The translations under genes were made by a program, and so were the position numbers. From a candidate division WOR-3 bacterium (GTDB lineage: Bacteria > Hydrothermota > Tepidihabitantia > Tepidihabitantales > Tepidihabitantaceae), in contig JBDRUH010000046.1 of NCBI GenBank assembly GCA_039801225.1, positions 1 through 12,869 on the forward strand: a stretch of 12,869 nucleotides of DNA, given 5' to 3'. A model generated the notes under the pieces. That model worked only from the letters and a program-made list of their open reading frames with translations, made no database searches and was not told where the DNA came from. Positions 1 to 6,560 of the stretch are shown one piece after another (positions within the stretch are counted from its first letter, which is position 1; each line of letters begins with the position of its first letter).

Positions 1-147
1 TGTCTGTCTGTGTGAACCTAAGAATAAATATCGGAGGGAAGTGGATAAGGTCAAAACCTCAACAATCACCATCGTTGCAAGTATCAAAAAACAGCCTTTT
101 GTCAAGCAAAATTTCCCAAAAACCTAAACCAAAAGCAAACCTCTGCC

Positions 148-320
148 CCGAGCCCGCAGAAAGAGATTCCTCCACTTCGGTCGGAATGACGGAGCGAGAG
201 ACGCGGTCGGAATGACGGAACAAGGGGCTCGCAATGACTTTTCTCTCGGTGTCATTCCGAGCCCGTCAGGGCGAAGGAATCTCTAACAATGAGATTGCTT
301 TGCCCTCGGAATGACGGAGC
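148..320. repeat. Cluster of GTCATTCC/GGAATGAC palindromic repeats (CGTC-type REP/BIME-like)
   Basis: CGGTCGGAATGACGGA is repeated exactly at 178-193 and 204-219, with a variant CTCGCAATGAC at 228-238. GTCATTCCGAG (251-261) is the exact inverse of CTCGGAATGAC (305-315). GAGATTCC (163-170) is the inverse of GGAATCTC (276-283). CCGAGCCCG occurs at 148-156 and 257-265. Confidence 0.85.
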
Positions 321-336
321 CGGGGGGCAAAACAGG

Positions 337-397
337 GAAGTCAAAAGTCAAATCTCAAATCGTTTTGACTTTTGCAATTTGCATTTTGCCTTTTGAA
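337..397. repeat. Heptamer-periodic inverted-repeat element, copy 1
   Basis: Left arm gaagtca-aaagtca-aatctca, then right arm ttttgac-ttttgca-atttgca-ttttgcc-ttttgaa. CAAAAGTCAAA (342-352) pairs with TTTGACTTTTG (364-374). Confidence 0.8.
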
Positions 398-520
398 TTG
401 AATACAGTGGAGTTATACATACACAAAATTCTGATGGCTAAAATTGAGTTAAGTGTCGTAATTAAATAACTTAATTTGAAGACGGGTTTGCCTGGGGGGC
501 TGTCCACTCCAGCACTAGGG

Positions 521-784
521 TGGTAAAACCCCTTCCAAGTTCGGTTTTGGGTTAGATTCTAAGTTTTATGGTAAAATCGGATTTAAATTCAAAGGGAAAA
601 TCAAATGGAGCAATGTTTATAAAAGGTAGTCTAAATAGTTTCATAGGAGTGGCTTTTCATTTAATCCTAAGTTCAGAACTAAAAAGATGGCTAAAAAGCG
701 GTGGCAGATTTAATTTAAGAGGAAAGGTAAAAAGATAGGTTCTTTCTGATTTAAAAACCTAATGAGGTTTGATTTTAGAGAGGA
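521..784. repeat. Degenerate 12-bp-period array, 22 units, core TARRW
   Basis: Cut into 12-mers from 521, positions 4-6 read TAA in 12 of 22 units and TAG in 2 more. Position 8 is A/T in 21 of 22. No ORF of 60 aa or more covers it in the supplied track. Confidence 0.75.
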
Positions 785-789
785 ATGTT

Positions 790-1266
790 TTATATTTCTT
801 GAGTTTGTTCCTGAACGAACCGAACCAAAACCCGGGCAGCGTCAGCCGCAGTAGGTGCGCTGAGCATTGCTTCCCGAACCGCGGGTAATCGCAAAACCCG
901 GGCAAGGGCAGCGAGAACCTGAAGATAGGTGCCGTAAAGTGAAGGGGGGGAAACCAGGGCAACAATCAGGTTTACCGGCAGTTCGTCTCGGGCTTGCCAT
1001 TTTAGACCAGGGTTGAGCCGAACCACCACCACCACTATGCGGTCAATCGCGCTCGTCGCCGCATGGGGCAGGGCAACACCATGCCCAACACCGGTTGAGC
1101 ACAACTCCTCCCTTTTTTTGAAACCTTCAAGGAGGATATCCTGGTCGGTGGTGATGCCGAACTCCCGCAGCCGGTTGACAATCAACTTAAAAAGTTGCTC
1201 CTGATTGGCAACCGCCCCGGCATCAAAAGCCAACTCGGGAATGACAATCTCCTGTAAGTTAATCAT
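790..1266 (-). CDS. PTS sugar transporter subunit IIA domain protein (fructose/mannitol/nitrogen PtsN-like class)
   Basis: 158 aa with the signature REELCSTGVGHGVALPHA, including the phosphorylatable His. The start overlaps the upstream stop (ATGA). Confidence 0.9.
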   Translation of the reverse strand: MINLQEIVIPELAFDAGAVANQEQLFKLIVNRLREFGITTDQDILLEGFKKREELCSTGVGHGVALPHAATSAIDRIVVVVVRLNPGLKWQARDELPVNLIVALVSPPSLYGTYLQVLAALARVLRLPAVREAMLSAPTAADAARVLVRFVQEQTQEI

Positions 1267-2294
1267 AATCTTTTAAAGAAATCCAATATCGTATTGATGA
1301 TGAACTCCTGCTCGGCATCTGTCAAGTTATGCCGGATTGGCAGGCAGAGAATCTCCTGGCTCGCCCGTTCCGCCTCTTCGGCTCTGGGCTGTTGACTGCC
1401 AGCGGTCGTTGGTTGGGGGTAATATATCATCGTTTCAATCCCTTTACTGGCGAGGAAGGAACGCAGGGCATCCCGGTGCCGGGTGAGGAGGGCAAACTGA
1501 TGAAAGTTGGGCAGGGAGCCAGGGGCGCTCTGGACAATTTTCACCAAGGGGCTCAGCGCCGAACGGTATCTCTCCGCGAGTTGCCGGCGTCTTGCCAGCC
1601 AAAAGTCTAACTGCCGGAGTTTCACCCGTAAAAATGCCGCCTGAAACTCATCCAGCCGGGCAGAGGTTTCACAATTGATTGGCGTATCCCGGGCAAAAAC
1701 TGCGCCGCCATTACCCAAGGCGCCAAGGTTCTTGGTCGGATAGAAACTGAAGGTGCTGATTGCACCAAAACCGCCCAGTTTCCTTCCCCGATATTCCGAA
1801 CCAATCGCCTGTGCCGCATCCTCAATCAAAATCAGATTTTGCTTTTGGCACAGGTTGATGAACCGGTCAATGTTGGCACAGTTGCCAAAAAGGTGCACGA
1901 GGAGAACCGCCTTAGTTTTTGCGGTGAGAAGCGACTGGCAGCTCTCAAAAGAAAGGCAGAGGGTGTCCGGGTCAATGTCACTTAGGACCGGTTGGGCACC
2001 GGTGCGCAAAATGGCGGTGATGGTGCCGGGAAAGGTGAAAGATGGGGTGATTACCTCATCGCCCGGACCGATGCCCAGCGCCTTCATACCGAAATATAGC
2101 GCATCAGTTCCACTCTTGACACAAACCAAAGGTCCAAAACCCAAATAGTCGCTCAATTCTCTTTCCAACTCCTTGATTTCCTGCCCGAGAACAAACCGCC
2201 CGGAGCCAAGGATGCGCTCAAAAGCCTGCCGGAACTCCTCAAGAAACGCCCGATTTTCTCCTCTGACATCATAGAAAGAAACCGGCATTGCCAT
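1263..2294 (-). CDS. DegT/DnrJ/EryC1/StrS-family PLP-dependent aminotransferase
   Basis: Motifs SGTDAL, GPGDEVITPSFTF, VHLFG, IEDAAQAIG, FSFYPTKNLG (PLP Lys) and RLDEFQAA. The start may be the ATG at 2294 or at 2288. Confidence 0.93.
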   Translation of the reverse strand: MAMPVSFYDVRGENRAFLEEFRQAFERILGSGRFVLGQEIKELERELSDYLGFGPLVCVKSGTDALYFGMKALGIGPGDEVITPSFTFPGTITAILRTGAQPVLSDIDPDTLCLSFESCQSLLTAKTKAVLLVHLFGNCANIDRFINLCQKQNLILIEDAAQAIGSEYRGRKLGGFGAISTFSFYPTKNLGALGNGGAVFARDTPINCETSARLDEFQAAFLRVKLRQLDFWLARRRQLAERYRSALSPLVKIVQSAPGSLPNFHQFALLTRHRDALRSFLASKGIETMIYYPQPTTAGSQQPRAEEAERASQEILCLPIRHNLTDAEQEFIINTILDFFKRL

Positions 2295-2364
2295 TTGGTT
2301 TTTAGTTTATAGTTTATAGTTTATAGTTCAACCAAGAACTAAAAACCCAAAACTATATACTATA
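2294..2364. repeat. Heptamer-periodic inverted-repeat element, copy 2
   Basis: tttggtt-tttagtt-(tatagtt)x3 at 2294-2328, an 8-nt spacer, then the inverse arm aactaaa-aacccaa-aactata-tactata at 2337-2364. Confidence 0.85.
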
Positions 2365-2373
2365 AATGTTAAC

Positions 2374-2401
2374 TTGACCGCCAATTGGGTCGGCTTAGAA
2401 T
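2374..2401 (+). promoter_or_regulatory. Sigma70-type promoter of uvrB (probably leaderless)
   Basis: TTGACC (2374-2379), 16 nt, TAGAAT (2396-2401), 6 nt, GTG start. There is no Shine-Dalgarno sequence. Confidence 0.7.
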
Positions 2402-2407
2402 TTCTCT

Positions 2408-4438
2408 GTGAACGGGCGTTTTCGGCTAAAGGCGCCTTTTAAGCCCACCGGTGACCAGCCCGAGGCGATTGAGCGGCTGGTGGAGTTTTTGGCGTCCGGG
2501 GCAAAGTTTTCCACCCTTTTAGGGGTAACCGGTTCCGGCAAGACTTTTGTGATGGCTAATGTCATCGCCCGGCTCAACCGACCAACAATCATCATCTCCC
2601 ATAACAAAACCTTGGCGGCGCAACTCTATGGCGAATTCAAGCAGTTCTTCCCGGAGAATGCGGTGGAGTATTTCATCTCCTATTACGACTATTACCAGCC
2701 CGAGGCTTATGTGCCGGAGCACGACCTTTATATTGAGAAGGATGCCTCAATCAATGAGGAGATTGAGCGGTTGCGCCTGCGTGCCACCTCCAGCCTGATT
2801 GAGCGTCGGGATGTAATTGTTGTTGCCTCGGTCTCCTGTATCTATAACTTGGGCGAACCTTGGGAGTTTAAGGAGTCACTCTTTCCAATAGAACTCAATA
2901 AGGAACTGGACCGGGATGGGCTCTTGGACCAACTGGTGAAACTGCAATATACCCGCAATGACCTGGAATTGAGGCGTTCAACATTTCGGGTGCGGGGTGA
3001 TGTGGTAGAAATCCATCCCTCCCATCGTGATTACGGTGTCCGGGTGGAGTTTGACGCCGAGCGGGTGGCAAGGGTGAGTGTTTTTGACATCCTTACCGGT
3101 GACCTGATTGAGCGCCGCGAGCGGGTGGTGGTTTATCCGGCAAAACACTTTATCACCGGTGAAGAGCGGATTAAACGGGCGCTAGAGTCAATAGAAGAAG
3201 AACTGGTGCAACGGGTGGCAGAACTGGAGGCCCAGGGCAAACATCTTGAGGCGCAACGGCTGAAGACCAGAACCAGGTTTGATTTAGAGATGATTCAGGA
3301 GTTTGGCTACTGTCCGGGAATTGAGAACTACTCCCGCCACTTCCTGGGCAAGGCGCCCGGTGAAAGACCTTACTGCCTTTTGGATTACTTTCCTGCCGAC
3401 TATCTGATGTTCATTGACGAGTCCCATGTTACCATACCCCAGATTCAGGGGATGTTCAATGGTGACCGTTCCCGAAAACAGGTCCTGGTTGATTACGGAT
3501 TTCGGCTTCCCTCCTGCCTTGATAATCGCCCCTTGCGATTTGAGGAGTTTGCAGCGCTGATCAATCAGGTTGTTTTTACCTCGGCAACACCAGGCGACTA
3601 TGAGTTATTCCAGAGCCAGGGGCGGGTGGCGGAGTTGATTGTCCGTCCGACCGGTCTGGTTGACCCAAAGATGACAATCAAGCCGACCCAAAATCAGGTT
3701 GACGACCTGATAAACGAGATTCGCCAGCGGGTAGAGCGAAAAGAGCGGGTGCTGGTAACCACTCTGACCAAAAGGATGGCTGAGGACCTGGCTGAGTATC
3801 TAACCGAGATGGGCATAAAGGTGCGGTATCTTCATTCCGAGATTGAGCCCATTGACCGGGTGGAGATTCTGCGCGGTTTACGGCTGGGTGAGTTTGATGT
3901 CTTGGTGGGCATTAACCTTTTGCGCGAGGGGCTGGATTTGCCCGAGGTTTCGCTGGTCGCGGTCCTGGATGCGGATAAGGAGGGGTTTCTGCGCGACGCC
4001 CGGTCCTTGATTCAGACCGCAGGTAGAGCGGCACGAAATGTCCGGGGTGAGGTGATTCTCTATGCCGACAATATTACCCGTTCCATCCGCAATGCCTTAA
4101 AGGAGACCGAGCGTCGGCGGCAGAAGCAGATTGACTACAATGAGCGGCACGGAATTGTCCCGCGCTCAATTGAGAAAACCACCGAACAGGTTCTGGAGAC
4201 CACGGCGGTGGCCGATGCCCGGCGCGATGAGGAGGAGGTTGATGAGGAGTGGCTGAGCGCAGAAAGTGAAGACCGGCTCGGAATGCTTGCCCGCCTGCAA
4301 CAGGAGATGGCACGGGCGGCGCAGAACTTAGAGTTTGAACGGGCGGCAAAGATTCGGGACAAAATCCAGGAACTGAGACAGAAGATTGATGATGAGGAGT
4401 GGAAAAAGTCACGGCGCAAGCGGCTGAAAGGTAGCTAG
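2408..4438 (+). CDS. uvrB: Excinuclease ABC subunit B
   Basis: 676 aa. Motifs PTGDQP, Walker [29 protein letters not shown] beta-hairpin, [29 protein letters not shown], and a C-terminal UVR motif [11 protein letters not shown]. Confidence 0.99.
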   Translation: MNGRFRLKAPFKPTGDQPEAIERLVEFLASGAKFSTLLGVTGSGKTFVMANVIARLNRPTIIISHNKTLAAQLYGEFKQFFPENAVEYFISYYDYYQPEAYVPEHDLYIEKDASINEEIERLRLRATSSLIERRDVIVVASVSCIYNLGEPWEFKESLFPIELNKELDRDGLLDQLVKLQYTRNDLELRRSTFRVRGDVVEIHPSHRDYGVRVEFDAERVARVSVFDILTGDLIERRERVVVYPAKHFITGEERIKRALESIEEELVQRVAELEAQGKHLEAQRLKTRTRFDLEMIQEFGYCPGIENYSRHFLGKAPGERPYCLLDYFPADYLMFIDESHVTIPQIQGMFNGDRSRKQVLVDYGFRLPSCLDNRPLRFEEFAALINQVVFTSATPGDYELFQSQGRVAELIVRPTGLVDPKMTIKPTQNQVDDLINEIRQRVERKERVLVTTLTKRMAEDLAEYLTEMGIKVRYLHSEIEPIDRVEILRGLRLGEFDVLVGINLLREGLDLPEVSLVAVLDADKEGFLRDARSLIQTAGRAARNVRGEVILYADNITRSIRNALKETERRRQKQIDYNERHGIVPRSIEKTTEQVLETTAVADARRDEEEVDEEWLSAESEDRLGMLARLQQEMARAAQNLEFERAAKIRDKIQELRQKIDDEEWKKSRRKRLKGS

Positions 4439-4523
4439 GCAAAATTGGTGTGCCTTGCCCACCTGCGTCTTTTAATGTCGGGCACACCTTTAGGTGTGAT
4501 TTCCCTTATGGAGGCTGAATATC

Positions 4524-5117
4524 GTGAAGAGCCAAGAACTAATAAGTATAAAAGGCTGCCGGAAATGCCACTTACCGCCCGAGGTCCATCCAATATTCAG
4601 CAGTTTTAACGGTCAGCGCTGGATGCTGGTGGGTCAGGCGCCTGGTGTAAAGGAGCAGCACTCCAAGGTGTTGTTTATCGGTCCGGCAGGAAGGAGGCTT
4701 TTTAAGTGGCTAAATGCGGCGGGTTTTGAAGAAGAAAAGTTTCGTTCTTTCTGTTATATCACCGCGGTGATGAAGTGCTTTCCAGGAAAAGGAAAACGGG
4801 GTGACTTGAAACCGAGTAAGGCTCAACTGGCTAACTGCGCCCCATTATTAGAGAAGGAACTAATCCTGGTCAAACCCGAGGTGCTAATTCCGGTAGGTCA
4901 ACTGGCGATTGGGTATTTTTTAGGCAGGGTTAAACTTGAAGAGGTCATCGGCAAAAGGTTTATAAGAAATATCGGTGGCAAAGGTGTTTTAGTTATCCCT
5001 CTGCCCCATCCTTCTGGTGCCTCAGTCTGGACAAACCGACCGGAAAATCGGGCGCGAATCGCTCGGGCAATTGGGTTGATAAAACGGGCACGAAATCTTT
5101 TTGGCAAAACTTCTTGA
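4524..5117 (+). CDS. Uracil-DNA glycosylase superfamily protein (family 4/5-like, probable 4Fe-4S)
   Basis: CRKC, motif A VGQAPG, FIGPAGRRL, KCFP, NC and motif B LPHPS. GGAGG at 4510-4514 precedes the GTG start. Confidence 0.9.
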   Translation: MKSQELISIKGCRKCHLPPEVHPIFSSFNGQRWMLVGQAPGVKEQHSKVLFIGPAGRRLFKWLNAAGFEEEKFRSFCYITAVMKCFPGKGKRGDLKPSKAQLANCAPLLEKELILVKPEVLIPVGQLAIGYFLGRVKLEEVIGKRFIRNIGGKGVLVIPLPHPSGASVWTNRPENRARIARAIGLIKRARNLFGKTS

Positions 5118-5152
5118 ACTCAGCCTGAATTGGAGAAACTGATTGGGTAAAG

Positions 5153-5180
5153 TTGACCAGGTTTTATCTTTTAGTAAAAT
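5153..5180 (+). promoter_or_regulatory. Sigma70-type promoter (probably leaderless)
   Basis: TTGACC (5153-5158), 16 nt, TAAAAT (5175-5180), 6 nt, ATG at 5187. There is no Shine-Dalgarno sequence. Confidence 0.72.
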
Positions 5181-5186
5181 TTCCCT

Positions 5187-5573
5187 ATGAGTAAGCACCC
5201 TTTTTTTATTTTTCTCCTTTCTCTTTTGTTTTTATTTTGCCCGGGGAAAACTAAAACCCAGCCGCCGAAGGAAATTAAAGAAGCACCAGCCCCACCAGAG
5301 GTCTCCTTCTCCCGGGATGTTTTACCAATTCTTTTAGAACTGGGCGGCGAGTGCCACAACCCGGAAAATAAGGCGGGCAACTACGCCCTTAACTCCTACG
5401 AGGAAATTATTGCCGGTGGCACCGACTCCATTCCCAATGTGATTCCAGGTAAGCCAGACAGTAGCCTGCTTTACATCTATCTCGTTAAAGGGCATCCATT
5501 CGGAGTAAAGCCTGACTCGGCAAAACTGAAAATGGTTTACAACTGGATTCTCCAAGGGGCAAAAAATAATTAA
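5187..5573 (+). CDS. Exported (probably lipo)protein with a planctomycete-type cytochrome c (PSCyt1-like) domain and a degenerate haem motif
   Basis: Hydrophobic N-terminus ending in Cys, a Pro-rich linker, then VSFSRDVLPIL...GGECH...GG...VIPGKPDSSLL...WILQGA, which matches my recollection of the PSCyt1 pattern. Confidence 0.75.
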   Translation: MSKHPFFIFLLSLLFLFCPGKTKTQPPKEIKEAPAPPEVSFSRDVLPILLELGGECHNPENKAGNYALNSYEEIIAGGTDSIPNVIPGKPDSSLLYIYLVKGHPFGVKPDSAKLKMVYNWILQGAKNN

Positions 5574-5574
5574 T

Positions 5575-6009
5575 ATGGTCCTTAACGCCACTGTTCGCTG
5601 GACAAAAGATATGCAGTTCTTGGGGGTTTCCGGCTCCAAGCACGCAGTGGTTATGGACACCTCACCGGAGCATGGCGGCAATGAGACTGGCGCCACACCG
5701 ATGGAGTTGCTTTTGGTGGCTCTGGCCGGCTGCACCGGTATGGATGTGGTGGCTCTTTTGAGAAAAATGCGGGTTAACTTTAACGGCTTGGAGATAAGAA
5801 TCGGTGGTGAGCGTCAAAAAGAGCACCCGAAGGTCTTTACCCGGATAGACCTTGAGTACCTCATTTATGGCTCTGATGTTAAGGCGGCGGCGGTGAAACG
5901 GGCGATTGAGCTTTCTCAGGAGAAATATTGCTCGGTAGCGGCGATGCTCCGACCTAACTGTCCGGTTAACTACACCTATCGGATAGTGAAAACCAGGTCA
6001 ACCGACTAA
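5575..6009 (+). CDS. OsmC/YhfA-family protein
   Basis: GATPMELLLVALAGCTGMDV and AIELSQEKYCSV with both conserved Cys. It starts 1 nt after the upstream stop. Confidence 0.92.
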   Translation: MVLNATVRWTKDMQFLGVSGSKHAVVMDTSPEHGGNETGATPMELLLVALAGCTGMDVVALLRKMRVNFNGLEIRIGGERQKEHPKVFTRIDLEYLIYGSDVKAAAVKRAIELSQEKYCSVAAMLRPNCPVNYTYRIVKTRSTD

Positions 6010-6417
6010 ATTGGCTTCCTCAGTCGGCGCAAATCGATTTTTTAAATAGTTTATTATTTTTTCGGCATCTTCCGGTAAAAGGAGATGCACGCCGCGAAAG
6101 TTATCCAAGAAGTTGGGTTTAGCAAAAGGGCTTAAAACCACACCACCCGAGGTCAGAAAAAATCGCCGAAAACGGGACCACTCATAGGTATAACTGAAGA
6201 TTCGCTTGTCTATTGTTACCCCAGAGTTGTTTAAGGTGTAGGTGATGGGCAGAAAATAGGTGTGGGTCGCCACCGCCAGCACCAAGAGGGCAACTAAGGT
6301 AAGGATGACCCCCAGAGTTATGAATGTGAAGGTCAAAAATAAGAGAATAAAAAATCCGGTGATTACTGTCTTAACCGGATGCTCTTTTGCCCGATGGACC
6401 GTCCAGGAGAGTTGCAA
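5998..6417 (-). CDS. Small hypothetical membrane protein (two hydrophobic segments plus a soluble, possibly bPH/YcxB-like domain)
   Basis: 139 aa, TTG start preceded by GAGGA. It lies 28 nt downstream of the tRNA, and its 3' end overlaps the convergent OsmC gene by 12 nt. Confidence 0.75.
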   Translation of the reverse strand: MQLSWTVHRAKEHPVKTVITGFFILLFLTFTFITLGVILTLVALLVLAVATHTYFLPITYTLNNSGVTIDKRIFSYTYEWSRFRRFFLTSGGVVLSPFAKPNFLDNFRGVHLLLPEDAEKIINYLKNRFAPTEEANLVG

Positions 6418-6445
6418 ACCGCCGTCCTCTAACGAAAAAATTTAA

Positions 6446-6519
6446 TGGGCCCGGTCCGGGTCGAACGGACGACCCACTGATTATGAGTCAGTTGCTCTAA
6501 CCATCTGAGCTACGGGCCC
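6446..6519 (-). tRNA. tRNA with CAT anticodon, most likely tRNA-Ile2 (lysidine)
   Basis: Acceptor stem GGGCCCG/CGGGCCC, D arm GCTC/GAGC, anticodon arm ACTGA-CTCATAA-TCAGT, T arm GTCCG-TTCGACC-CGGAC, discriminator A, and no encoded CCA. Paired G1-C72 excludes the initiator tRNA. C4-G69 and C5-G68 match the E. coli TilS determinants, favouring Ile2 over elongator Met. Confidence 0.95.
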
Positions 6520-6526
6520 AGGTAAA

Positions 6527-6555
6527 ATATTAGCCCATATCCGAGTTTAAGTCAA
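6527..6555 (-). promoter_or_regulatory. Sigma70-type promoter of the tRNA
   Basis: TTGACT (6555-6550), 17 nt, TAATAT (6532-6527), ending 7 nt before tRNA G1. Confidence 0.7.
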
Positions 6556-6560
6556 GCCTT

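Noticed and set aside
1..72. Possible minus-strand gene start (ATG at 72, MVIVEVLTLSTSLRYLFLGSHRQT...) downstream of TTGACA at 105-100
   Set aside because: Only 24 codons are visible, there is no SD, and the -10 match is poor, so it cannot be supported from this window.
12..215. 67-aa plus-strand ORF
   Set aside because: It runs into the palindromic repeats and has no RBS or recognisable motif.
163..320. CRISPR array
   Set aside because: The repeats are short, in mixed orientation and irregularly spaced, and no cas genes are present.
519..784. Protein with a 4-residue Lys or Leu repeat explaining the 12-bp period
   Set aside because: Each candidate frame has four stops and no suitable start.
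40..789. Replication origin (TTATCCACT on the minus strand at 40-48 plus AT-rich repeats)
   Set aside because: There is only one 8/9 DnaA-box match, no box cluster, and no dnaA/dnaN context in the window. It cannot be fully excluded without GC-skew data.
6446..6519. tRNA as the integration site of a genomic island
   Set aside because: There is no integrase, no duplicated tRNA 3' end, and no compositional shift in the flanking genes.
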